Source: Octopus vulgaris | Lineage: Eukaryota | DNA length: 64,000 bases | Direction of reading: 5' to 3' | Assembly (NCBI GenBank): GCA_951406725.2 | Contig: OX597814.1 | Span: forward strand, 82,956,001 to 83,020,000 | Part shown: piece by piece, positions 12,189 to 24,380 of the stretch | Position numbering within the stretch: the first letter of the stretch is position 1 | Layout: the number at the start of each line of letters is the position of its first letter | Translations under genes and position numbers: made by a program | The notes under the pieces: model-generated | Told to the model about the DNA's origin: nothing | The model's database searches: none | What the model saw: only the letters and a program-made list of their open reading frames with translations

Positions 12189-13411
12189 TACTGATGTTCG
12201 GGCTAAATTTGATGATGTACTGGTAAACAGAGTTAAGTTATAACTGAGAAAAAGTTAACTGATATGGAAGAATAGGAGAATGGAGAAATACTGGAAAAGC
12301 GTTACCTGTATCAAGATGAATCATGCTGGGTATCACCAATATGCTAATATTATGACTGTGGTTCAATGTTTTGTGAACACTGTAAAAGCAGTTAGATGTG
12401 ACATGGACAGCTGCAACAGACACTATGAAACCATAGCCTGCAGGAAGTGATACAGCAAGCATTCTGACTACATCAACACACTGGAATTCATTCAACAAAT
12501 TCAGGACGAGGTGATGGAATATCTGAGGAAAGGAATCTGAGGTTCAGTAAGAGAGATGGGTATTGGAATTGCCACCGTGTAGCTGTCCCTGAATGAGGAC
12601 TTTCATTACCACTCATAAAAGAAGCAGAAGGGACAAATTCTGATAGAACTGCTTGATGAAGGTAAAAAAACTCCTGATCAAGATGAGACATTCTGTTGAG
12701 CCAAGGATGATCTAGTTTTCTCAGATGAAAAGAACTTCTACAAAGACCAGTTGTACAACACCCAGAACAACTGGTGGCTTACCTACATTCCATGTGATGT
12801 CCCACATATGAAAACCAAGTTCCTCCAAACTGTGATAGTCTTTGGGTATGTCTCCAGTGAAGTTAACATCATGCTACTCTACACCTTTGAACAGGCGCAG
12901 GGACTTCAGATGGCTATGTGAATTTGCTGGAGACTGTAGTCAAACCTTGGCTGGAGAGGGTTGCTGCTGGATGGCCATATGTGTGGCAGCAGGATTTGGC
13001 TTCTTGTCATACACCTGAAAATAGTCAGAAGTGGTTGTCAAAACATTTCGACAACTTCCACTAGTCATAATTTCTGGCCTGTTAATTCGCCTGATTGTAA
13101 TCCTATAGATCACTATGTGTGAAGTACAGTTGAGAAAAATATCAACCACTCTGCCTGCAACATCAAGGCTGAGCTGGTAGGTGTTTGAAGACCTTTCTAG
13201 GACACAGTGAAGAATGCATATGCCAAGTTCTGGAGCTGTGTTGAGGCCATGATGGAAGCTGAGGGCAGCTACTTTGAGTAAATAATTATGTCCTAGCAAT
13301 AATCTAGTTGGAATCTTTTAATTTTTAAAAAATTACTTTTATTTTTGGAGGGGATATCATGTTTTCTTTTTCTTTAACACAAACTATTAAATTTAGCCCA
13401 AACACACTGTA
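12189..13411 (+). mobile_element. Tc1/mariner DD37D (maT-type) transposon, decayed
   Basis: VFSDEKNF, VWQQD and WPVNSPDCNPIDHYV motifs, with 37 residues between the 2nd and 3rd Asp after correcting one frameshift. TIRs tgttcgggctaaatttga / ttaaatttagcccaaaca, TA flanks. Confidence 0.85.
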
Positions 13412-13414
13412 CAT

Positions 13415-13912
13415 ATATAAATTTAATGTATATCTTTTGTTAAACACCTTTTTGGCTGGAGTATTTCATCTAGGGAAATCCCCTCCAAAGATGTAATATG
13501 TTGAAAAACACATTATACTTCAAAGCCAGATGAAATGAATCATCACAGAGGTGAATGAGAATGACAGACATCAGTATTTCATTGTTGTTTCAGTACATCA
13601 TGCTGTATAACTGATTTTCCTTTGAGATAATTTCAGATTGCTGGCCTGAAGTACATACAGATAGCACAACATCTGTCCGTTTATGTGCAACAGCACTATA
13701 CAAGTAAACACTGACAAGCTGAAATAACTGCAAAGTATCAATATTTGTCATTCCTGTTCACTTCCATGGTAATTTGCTTTGCCTTGCTTTAAAGTATACT
13801 CTGTTTTTTCAACAGACATCATATTTGGAGGGACTTTGCCTGAACAAAATGGCACGAAGCCTGGATGAAATACCAAAAAGCATTAAAAAATGCACATACA
13901 TTAAGTATGTGA
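13415..13912. mobile_element. MITE with ~100-bp degenerate TIRs
   Basis: gtatttcatctagg...cccctccaaagatg...gttgaaaaacacattatacttcaaagc is the reverse complement of 13787-13880. Confidence 0.6.
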
Positions 13913-14131
13913 CATCAATAATGTTTATATTATAGAGCTATTTCTAAATCAAAATTTACATTTTGTTTTGTGTGGCACTTTTACACATCAGCAGATACAT
14001 TTTGCACTATCCATATATATATTGGGTGAATCGAGTACAGTAATTCCTCGACTATTGTGAGTGTTACATTCCAAACCCCCACTGTGAGAGGTGAACTGCA
14101 ATAGGTGAACTGCAATAGGTGAACCACAACA

Positions 14132-14490
14132 GGTTTCAGCTCAGAGCTGCGGCCATGCTGAAGCACTGCCGTTTTGCTACAGTGTTATTACTGAGAGCCT
14201 CCTCCAATATGTGGCACTTGGTGAAGAATGGAATTTGATATAGCTAACCTCATTTGCACCTCTTGCCCTGATGTAGGTTCATCTGGGACTCTCGACAGGA
14301 AGAGGTCCAGCTTTGATTTAAAAACGCCTACATCTACTTTGTGCACATTCCTCAGGCTCTTTGAGAGAATATTAAAAAGTTGGGGGCCCTTGAAACCCAG
14401 GCTGTTGGAGTAACTGGTCCTGAAGTGCGATGGCATTGCTGGGATCTTTGGCACTATGCAGCATCGACCCATTCTGGCATTGGTGTAGCT
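14132..14490 (-). mobile_element. CR1/L2-group LINE 3' end
   Basis: ORF 14188..14472 has NSLGFKGPQLFNILSKSLRN...FKSKLDLFLSRVPDEP...SNSILHQ, a typical CR1-group C-terminus, followed by a short 3' UTR hairpin. Confidence 0.85.
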
Positions 14491-15066
14491 TTATATACAT
14501 GTATATATACATACACATACATATAAATCAAAGGTAGAACAGAAAGAACACAAGAAACAGAAACCAATAATATGCAACATGTGGAAAAATGAATGATAGC
14601 ATGACAAATGGAAAACAGGTCAAAAACAAGATATATTGATCATTCACAGCCAAATACATCATCAGTTGGAGTCCATGATGTCTTTGTAATTTCATCCCCT
14701 TATCTCTGATACTACTCGAATTTGGTAGGGACAGGGACTTAAGCTGAAACCTTACTATAATTAAATATTCTAAGTGACTTGAGATACTCATCCTTCATGC
14801 TGAAGGAATAGATTAACCACTTGATTTATTTTGAATGTAACATTCAAAATACAGCCAAAATACTGCTTGAATTTACCTGGGACTATACTTAAGGACCTTC
14901 AAGAAAGTATGGACCAATCTCCATACCCTCTGGAAGATGAGCTGTGAACATTATTTTCCTGTCTATATTCTTCTATCTACTGTTTTACTCTTTATTTTTC
15001 TGTCTACTATTTTCTTCCTTTATAAACTATGAATTCCCTGTCTAGAACTTTCATACATACTTACCT

Positions 15067-15146
15067 TGTCCCTGATAATGGAATGGAGATAGTGTATGGA
15101 GATGCTAACCTATCACTTGGGATATCCCAGAAACAGCTGTAAGACA
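15067..15146 (+). ncRNA. Type-I hammerhead ribozyme motif A (core G8A, probably inactive)
   Basis: tgtcc-CTGATAA-[tggaat..gatag..ctatc..atccca]-GAAA-cagctg-TA-agaca. Palindromic stem III, stem I 4 of 5 paired. Confidence 0.65.
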
Positions 15147-15486
15147 TCGAATAATTAATTAATTAATTAACTAATTACTTAATTACCTCAAATTCATCTT
15201 ACTCTAGTTTAATATTCTAAGTGACTTGAGATACTCATCCTACCTTGGTTTTTGTTGTCCTTTTAACTCTGATATATACCTGCTAACTCAGAAACCTACT
15301 ATGGATCCCTAGCTCCAGCCTCAGCTGTGAACTTGGAACCTAACAGATGACCAATTATAGCACTTACACAGCATACCTATTCATTTAGATCACCAGTGAA
15401 CTAAACCCCTCATATTCTACACACACACACACACACACACCTATATATATATATACATACACACACACACACACACACACACATAC

Positions 15487-16690
15487 ACACATGACAAAAG
15501 TAAATAGACACCCTTATAATCATTAAAATTTATTTAAATCTGATATTGTACATTCAAATTATTTATTAATTGTTATAATGTGAATATTTAATATCTAGTA
15601 GACATGCCCTTTGCATTTTCAATGCAAGTACCCTATTAGCCTTTTTACTGATCAGATGAATATTCTCTTGTGGAAATTTCTTGCCAAGTTTTATGCAGTA
15701 ATCTCAAAAGATCTGGTTTTGAAGATGCTTTCTTGTTCTTTTTATGAAGTGTCCTGTGCATTATGTCTCTGAGGTTATTAAAAGGGTTCATATCTGGTGA
15801 CTGGCTTGGTGATGGAAGCTTTTTAATGCCATTCTTTGCCAACAAATCTTGGGTCATTTTAGCCATGGACAAGGAGCCCCATCTTCCATAAATAAAGAGT
15901 CTTCTTTAATCATTTCACCACTGGAGAAGATTGGAAAGAGTCCTTTCTGCAATATGGAGACATATTTATCTGAGTTTGTGTTTCCCTCACATTCCACCAG
16001 CACTGATCAACCATTGCTCTAAATAGCTGCCGTATTTCATTGTTGGCTGTAATATTTTCACATCAAATTCTTGATCACAAGTCTCCAGACACACACTCGA
16101 CCACTATCTGGAAATAAAGCAAATTTGGACTCATCAGAAAATATGACAGTGTCCCAAAATGTTAATGGCCACTCCACCATCTCACTGGCCTAATCCTTTC
16201 TCCACTTGATGTTGGCTGGTCGAAGAAGTGGCTTCCTTCTTGCTGCTTTGCCATAGTAACCAAGTTTGTGGAGATACCTGACAGCTGTTCTGGGACTGAC
16301 ATCAACTTGTTCTGCTTTGTCAGAGGCCTTGCAACAAGGATTATCCTCCACACTTCTCTTAACAAAGAGAAGGGTCATGTCAGAGAGCTCTAGTTGATCT
16401 AGGTGAGGCGATGTAGACTCTTTCCCCTCTCTGCTGAATTGCACAATTACTCTATTAACTGTAGAAAGTGGGATCCCAAGGTTTTTTGCAATTTTACACT
16501 GACTATGTCCACCTTCAGAATGACCCACAATATGGCTTCTTTGAAATTCAGACAGTTCCAAAGCTTCTTTTATACATGGCATGATTAAACAGTCACATAT
16601 AGAACCTAAAACATAAAAATGTCAATTAATAAAAAATATAAAAAATTAAAAGTTAGAATAAGCATAAAACAATGTTTTACTTGTCATATG
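15487..16690 (-). mobile_element. Tc1-like transposon, decayed
   Basis: ORF 16190..16582 is a paired-like HTH ([12 protein letters not shown]...[16 protein letters not shown]...RKPLL). VIFSDESKF near 16125-16150 and SPSQSPDMNPF in ORF 15645..15872. Inverted ends atgacaaaagtaa / ttacttgtcat. Confidence 0.85.
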
Positions 16691-16715
16691 TATGTATGTA
16701 TGTATGTATCTATCT

Positions 16716-16779
<64 letters not shown>

Positions 16780-18193
16780 TATATGAAATAAACCTCTGCG
16801 TGTGTGTATATACTTTTCATGTGAAAACAGCTGCACAAATTACTTCCATGCTTGGGATGCATGAATAATTTCAACTAGGATACATAATAGGGTCTTCAGT
16901 TTATCTTTTTTTTATTAAAAATAAATATTTTTATATATATATGATTCACTTCTTTAAAAAGGTTTCTCAATATCAACTTCCGGTATTGATGTAGTAACAG
17001 TGAAATTTTCCGTTTTCATTTTCAAAGCCTCTCACTCACTATTTTTGTGTTTTCATTTCAAGTTTTAATTCACTATTTGCAAATAACTATGATAAATTAC
17101 TGAAAGAAATATTTGCTAAGTTCACAAATTTAAATATTCGGTACAAGTTGGTTTTTAACGAGCTTTTATTTATACAGTTCTTTCATTTCATGTTTATTTC
17201 ATTCATTGTTTGCACTATTCTCTCACCCCACACTCTCTCTCATACACACACACACACATTGTCTAATATAAACATACACACTGGCTCTGTAATATAAGCA
17301 CACACACTCCAGGTTTGATTTCGTTATTACACAAATATCACATTAGAATTTTGCAATTCAATATGGGGAGTCCAAAAATAATATGGGCGTTCTTTCACTT
17401 GAACCTGCACACTTCATTTATTTATTTACTTTTCCATTGCTGTGTTCAGCTCTATGTATTCAGTCACACATGTACACATGTGTTTTTTTGTGTACGTTTT
17501 TATACATTTATGTATGTGTGTGTATTTGTGCGTGTGAGAGAGAGAGAGAGTGATGTCTAAGTGGCATTCGCTCTCTCTCACACACTCAACTGCACACATA
17601 CATACAATTGATATATGTATGTACAAGCTTAAAAACTGCTCTATTGGGCAGCTTTTAAGCTAGCTCCTGTGCAGGGCTCTTCATTAAGCCTTGAGCCCCA
17701 CAATGACACTTCATGCATTGAGTACATATCCAATTTTATTAAACTTGACCAATATTTTTCAAGCAATGAACAATTCTCATCAAAACAATGATATAATTTG
17801 TTGACTTGGAACTTATTGCAAAGCTGCATGATAAACAACAATTTTTGTCTTCCCATTCGGGCGTCAGTACAAATTTTTTCTATCTAACCTCTTTTTTTCT
17901 CTCTCTCCATCTTTCTGTTGATTGTTTTCAACCATCACCCTCACCAGTACCACCACCACCATCGCCACCACAACTGCCATACACACACCATTCAGACTTT
18001 TGATACCACCACCATCAATACCTTTGACTTCACCACCTTCCCTTCATCATCACTTACTATCACCATTGACACACTGACACAAAGAAATTAGTTTTTGCAT
18101 TTATTATATTAGATAGATGACAGCACACCCCTTTTCTCTGTCTCTCTCTTTCTCTAACATACACACATATCTATTTCTTCTGATGTTTGATAC

Positions 18194-18230
<37 letters not shown>

Positions 18231-18399
18231 GTGGGGTGTTCCACAATCACAATTTATTTTAATCACTCTTGTGAAGATATTCATGTAACTCTTTTTTCAT
18301 TTAATCCCCATTTTAATTTTCAAAAAAGTTTCCAAGAACAATGTTCTCCCTCTCTACAAGAGGAGGTGGGATAGATGTAGATGATCGGTATTCTACAGT

Positions 18400-19195
18400 G
18401 AAGCAAAGATGAGTACAGGTAACCAGAGTCAATGTTGAATACTGCAACTCTGTTAACTCTATTATGTACGTTTGTAAATATATAAACAAAGATTTAGATG
18501 CTGCAACAAAGATTTAGATGCTGACACTCTTATGCAGAATGGCAGTCAGCAGATGAATAAAAATGATGAGAATGCACAGTATGACAGAAGATACATCAGT
18601 ACCAATGAGGCTTTTTGGTGCATCTTTAATTTTTCCATTCATGAGAGGCACTCAGTCATCATACATCTGAGTGTCCATCTAGAGAATGGCCACAGGGTTA
18701 TCTTTACAAAACAAACAGCCTTGGAACAAGCACTTTCTCCAAAAGAAACTACCCTTACTGCCTTTTTTAAGTTGTATCAAGAATATGAAGATGCAAGAAA
18801 ACTCCTTTACCCACAATTACCCAAGTATTACACCTGGAGAAACAATAAATGGCACAAGAGCAAACGTAGTACTGATGCTCTTCCAAAGAGTTTATAGTGT
18901 CCCTGCAAGCCAAGCAGAATGCTAGTACTTACGGCTCCTTTTGCATGAAGTATGTAGTCCTAAATCATTCTAATATTCAAGGAGGGTAAATGGTCATGTG
19001 TGTGAAACTTATAGGGAAGCATGCTATCAACAAGGATTTTAAGAAAATGATGGGCACCAGGACCTTGCATTGACTGAAGCATCAGTATCAGATTGTCCAA
19101 AGAAACTCTGTAACCTTTTTGCAATTATACTGAACATGTGTCAATTTGGAAGTCCCTTACAACTTTGGATGAAATATCATGAGGACATGGCTGAG
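18400..19195 (+). mobile_element. Helitron RepHel fragment (pseudogenised)
   Basis: NVEYCNSVNSIMYVCKYINK, RYISTNEAFWCIFNFSIHERH..HLSVHLENG, TTLTAFFKL..LLYPQLPKYYTW, YLRLLLHEV..TYREAC..LFAIILNMC. Confidence 0.9.
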
Positions 19196-19650
19196 TTCTA
19201 CCCCTACTGGTGACAAAGGGCCTCTTGCTCAGAGTGAAAGGTAGATTGTATGATGCACATGTGCAAACTGCCATACTTCACAGCAGTAAACATGGGCCAT
19301 GACTGCTGAAGACATGCATAGGCTCAAAAGAAATGAAGCTAGCATGTTCCTCTGAATGTGTAATGTCAGTGTGCACACAACAGAGTATAAGTGCCCTGAA
19401 AGAATTGTTGGATATACAAAGCATCAGAAAGACCTTTGCACTGGTATGGTCATGTACTACGGATGGATGAGGAGAGCTGTGTGAAGAAGTGCCACTCCCA
19501 AACAGTGGAAGGATTCTGGGGTAGAGGGAGACCCAGGAAGACATGGGATGAGGTGGTGAAGCATGACCTTTGAACGTTGGGCCTCACAATGGCAATGACA
19601 AAAGACTGAGACCTCTGGAGATATGCTGTGACTGAGAAGACCTGGTAAAT
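19196..19650 (+). mobile_element. RTE LINE 3' fragment abutting the Helitron
   Basis: LPLLVTKGLLLRVKGRLYDAHVQTAILH and ..WYGHVLRMDEESCVKKC..GRGRPRKTWDEVVKHDL motifs. Confidence 0.8.
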
Positions 19651-20349
19651 AAAGTGAGTTCACAGCTGTAGCCTACACGAGTGTCAAATATATATATATA
19701 TATATACATGTTTAAAGATATATGTGTATATGTATATGTATATATATGTTTATATATATATATGTATATATATGTATGTATATATTTATGTATTTTATTA
19801 CCTTGGGTATGATGTTATTATAAGGTACTATATATATATACATAAATATATATATAAACATGTATATACATATATACATATATCTTTAAACATGTATATA
19901 TAATAATATCATACCCTAGGTAATAAAATACATTAATTTAAATTGTAATAATTTCATAAAAATTTATCCAAAGTAATTGATAGTTTGTCTTGTTATTTTG
20001 TAGGCTCTTTTTGCTTATCATGGCTTTCACCTGGTTATGTATGGATTTGATTAATTTATCAATATTTCACTGATCTACGTTTATCCTCTAGTTGGCCAAA
20101 TTCGTAAGAGCTGATGATTTTACTTCATGTAAATGATATGCAATTTATTGAAATGGTTTTCATTTGAATATGTTAAATTATATTTACAATCAATCCCAAA
20201 GCATGTTTATGTATGAGCAAAGAAGAGAAAACACATTTAATTTTAAAAAAACCCAAATACAAGCAGTATCTGTTTTATCTATCATCTATCTTTCTATATA
20301 TATCTAGCCATTTATCTTTCTATGTACCTATCTATCTATCCATCTCTTC

Positions 20350-20412
<63 letters not shown>

Positions 20413-20493
20413 CACACACATAAGCAATAAAATTAAGTAATGTCTTTATTTTTACTTTTAATTGTTGATTCTTAACAATCAACAAGTAAGAGA

Positions 20494-20532
20494 TATTACC
20501 TGAAGAGCAAAGTGAAATTATTCATAGTAATG
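20494..20532 (+). ncRNA. Type-I hammerhead motif B (inverted copy), canonical core
   Basis: tattac-CTGAAGA-gcaaagt-GAAA-ttattca-TA-gtaatg. Stem I 6 bp, predicted cleavage after AUA at 20526. Confidence 0.7.
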
Positions 20533-20692
20533 AAGTAATTGACAGAATATCCAGCCATTACAAACAGATAAAGAGATGGATATATATATATATATATATA
20601 TATCCATCTCTTTATCTATCCATACATATATGCCTATATACATATGCACATGTGTGTGTGTTTGTGATGGCTGGATATTCCGTCAATTACTT

Positions 20693-20735
20693 CATTACTA
20701 TGAATAATTTCACTTTGATTGCTCTTCAGGTAATA
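20693..20735 (-). ncRNA. Type-I hammerhead motif B, unit 1
   Basis: Same core. A 4-nt insertion falls only in loop II (gcaatcaaagt). Confidence 0.7.
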
Positions 20736-21216
20736 TCTCTTAGTCCATCATTACTTGTTGATTGTTAAGAATCAACAATTAAAAGTAAAAATAAATACAT
20801 TACTTAATTTCATTACTTATAATATTACAAATTGAAGGAATATGCAGCTATTAATTAAAACATTATAGAGTCATTATTCTAGTATTAAAATAATTTTACT
20901 TACATTATCTTCATTTCTTAATATAAATTGCTTATATCATCTAAATGTATATGCGCTAGCGTAGCTAGAATGTGTTTATCCTCTAGTTGGCCAAATTCAT
21001 AAGAGCTGATGATTTACTTCATGATGTAAATGTTATGCATATTATTGCAATGGTTTTCATCTAAATATGTTAAATTATATTTACAATCAATCCTAGAGCA
21101 TGTATATGTATGTGCAAAGAAGAGAAAACAATTTTATTTTTAAAAAACCCAAAGCACAAGCAGTATCTATTTTATCTGTCTGTCTGTCTGTCCATCTATC
21201 TATACATACACATATG

Positions 21217-21260
<44 letters not shown>

Positions 21261-21264
21261 CGTT

Positions 21265-21332
<68 letters not shown>

Positions 21333-21368
21333 TGTGTTTGTGATGGCTGGATATTCTGTCAATTACTT

Positions 21369-21407
21369 CATTACTATGAATAATTTCACTTTGCTCTTCA
21401 GGTAATA
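21369..21407 (-). ncRNA. Type-I hammerhead motif B, unit 2
   Basis: Exact reverse complement of 20494-20532, 676 nt from the unit 1 cleavage site. Confidence 0.7.
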
Positions 21408-23304
21408 TCTCTTACTTGTTGATTGTTAAGAATCAACAATTAAAAGTAAAAATAAAGACATTACTTAATTTTATTGCTTATAATATTACAAATTGAAGGA
21501 ATATGCAGCTATTAATTAAAACATTATAGAGTCATTATTCTAGTATTAAAATCATTTTAATTATATTATCTTCATTTCCTAATATAAATTGCTTATGTTA
21601 TCTATATGTATGTGCACTAGCATAGCTAGAGTGTGTGCCGCCTGGGGCAGCCCTTCCATTTGCTGCCCCCAGACCCCACAAAAAACACATATTGCCTACA
21701 ACAGGATGAAAAGTGTTGCCTGCGGTGGACTGCTCCCCACCTCTCCAACTATGCTAGTGTGTATGTGTGTGTGTATGTATTTGTGTGCATGTGTGTATGT
21801 GCCTATCTCTGTAAAGCTTCCTAAAGACACCCCTTGAACAGTAGAGACTAGAAGTGTTTGTGGATATCCTTGAATAAATAATGTTCTGCAGCTCAGCATA
21901 TAAGTCCAAAGACTAAAAAAATACTTTCCTTGAAAACAAATAAGAGTTGGTGGTGGTGGTGGTGGTGGGGATCAAAAAGAGCACCTAGTCATAAAATAAA
22001 GCATTAAGAAACCTCTCCTAACTCATGTTATCAAAGAAAAGAGGATGTTAAAACAATGATAATAGTAATGGCTACACATACATACACATACATATATTAT
22101 TGATGTCATTAGAATTTAGAAACTTCAAGAAAACAAAAATAATTCTTTTTTAGAAAACAGAAGCTTGAAGCAGATAAAGCTAAAGATAATAGCATATAAA
22201 TTACAGAACTGAATATGTAAATGTAGAATATTCTTTAACAAATCATAACGGAAAGGCTCATAATTCCACAACTGTGAGTTACATATTTTCAATGATTCAA
22301 AGAGTAATTCAAGCCTATTTTCTCTTGAAATATCTGTCATTTAAATATATTTTGAAATATTATAAACAAATTTTGAAGAAAATGTTTATCATCATCATCA
22401 TCATCATCATCATCATTTAATCATTTAATGTCTGTTATCAATGCTGGCATGGGTTGGACAGTGTGACCAGAGCTAGCAAGCTGGGTGTGGGGTGGTAGGG
22501 TGTACCAGACACAAGTCTGATTTGTCATTGTTTCTATGGCTGGACGTTCTTCCTAATGCCAACTGCTTTACAGAGTGTCCTGGGTGGTTTTATGTGGCAC
22601 CACATACTTGTGTTCTTTAAAAACAATATCTTGCATGCAACACATGCAAAAACAGTTGTTTCAAGCCTGTAATTTTTTTTCCAGTGCTGGTTGTTTTAGG
22701 AATAATCCAAACAGCTCAAACTTCATTCAAACAAGACCACTCTAGTAACTTTCTTCATGAAATTGCATTGTTGTTTAAGTAATGCTTGAAAGTAATATTT
22801 TTAAAAACAACATGTGTGAGCAAGCATATGTGTATGCATGTGTTTTGCATGCATCTGCATATATACAAATATACGTACACCCATACCTACTTATTAACAC
22901 TTACATACACATGTGCGTGCAAATGTATACATACATATAACTGGATTAGATTGCCTATGTTCAGTATAGTGCAGGATGAATGCCTCAGCATGTTCTCCCT
23001 ACCATCCATGGTCTGATGTAAAGGTTGTGAATTTGAGCTTGAGCACATACTGTTTTGATAAGCCTACTGTCACACTGGCTTGACATGGCTTGGCAGAAGG
23101 GTATAGTCTTTTTTCTATACTCTTAACCTACTAGTAGCTAATTCAGTTACATTGACCTCAGTGCTTAACTGGTACTTATTATATTTGGCCTTGGCAGAAT
23201 TTGAACTAAGAATGTAAGGAGAGATAAAATAACACTAAGCATTTCACCTGGTGGGCTAAAGATTCTGCCATCTCACTGTCATTATACATACATACATTCT
23301 TCTA

Positions 23305-23697
23305 TTCTTTTACTTGTTTCTGTCATTTGACTGCAGCCATTCTGGAGCACCACCCTGAAGGATTTCAGTTGAACAAATCGACTCTAGGACTTATTTCTTT
23401 GAGCCTAGTACTTACTCTATCAATTTTTTGGCCAAACCACTAAGTTATGGGGATGTAAACACCCAACACCATTGCCAAGTGGTGATGAGGGAGACAAACA
23501 CAGACACAAACACACACACACATACACACATATAGGATGGGCTTCTTTCAGTTTCCATCTACCAAATCCACTCACAAGGATTTGTTCAGCCTGAGGCTAT
23601 AGAAGAAGACATTTGCCCAAGGTGCCACACATTGGAACTGAATCCAGAACCATGTGATTGGAAAGCAAGCTTCTTACCATACAACCATGCCTGTGCT
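23305..23697 (-). mobile_element. SINE family A, near full length
   Basis: Tail tttacttgtttctgtcatttgactgcagcc, central (ca)n, reversed tRNA head cttcttaccatacaaccatgcctg. Confidence 0.85.
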
Positions 23698-23904
23698 ATA
23701 TACACACATATGTATAGATGTAGGTGTGGCTGTCTGGTTAAAAACTTGATTCCCATCTGTGTTGTCTTAGATTCAGTACCACACTGTGACTCCTTGGATA
23801 GGTGTTTTACTTTATCCCAGGGCCAATCAAAGTCTTCAAGTGGATTTTTGAAAGAAGTCCATAGTATATGTGTGATGTGCATGTGTGTGTGTATGTGTGT
23901 GTGT

Positions 23905-23964
<60 letters not shown>

Positions 23965-24380
23965 ATGTGTGTGTGTACTCTTACTTTGACATCATGTGAT
24001 GGTTATAAGCAAGCATAGCCATCATACAAGTGATGTTGTTTTGTTTTCAGACTTAAATGTAAAACATGCCAAGCTAAGAAGAAATATTAATTACCTTGCT
24101 TAGAAACAGGCAAAGACAGTGACTGAGAGGGCAACAAATTCCATCTAACGCATGGAAAAGTGTATGTAAAGTGACGATGATCATGATGTGGCTGTATGGT
24201 AAGAAGTTTGTTTCCCAACAACATGGTTCTGAGTTCACTCCCATTGTGTGACACCTTGGGCAAATATCTTCTATTATAGCCACAGGCTGACCAAAACCTT
24301 GTGAGTAGATATGATAAACATAAACTGAAAGAAGCCTATCGTATACAGTATACATATACATACATACATATATATATATC

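Larger units (their letters stand above)
20079..21636 (-). repeat. Non-coding tandem dimer (~660-680 bp unit) with inverted insert, one hammerhead per unit
   Basis: Units start gtttatcctctagttggccaaattc at 20079 and 20974 and end gctagartgtgt. 20421-20565 is an inverted copy of 21336-21480. Confidence 0.9.

Noticed and set aside
16788-17880. Non-autonomous Helitron 5' part linked to the RepHel fragment
   Set aside because: A TC start is plausible but no convincing 3' hairpin plus CTAG terminus was found.
20110-20170. Plus-strand CTGATGA in the tandem unit
   Set aside because: There is no stem I partner and GAAA is not conserved in the second unit.
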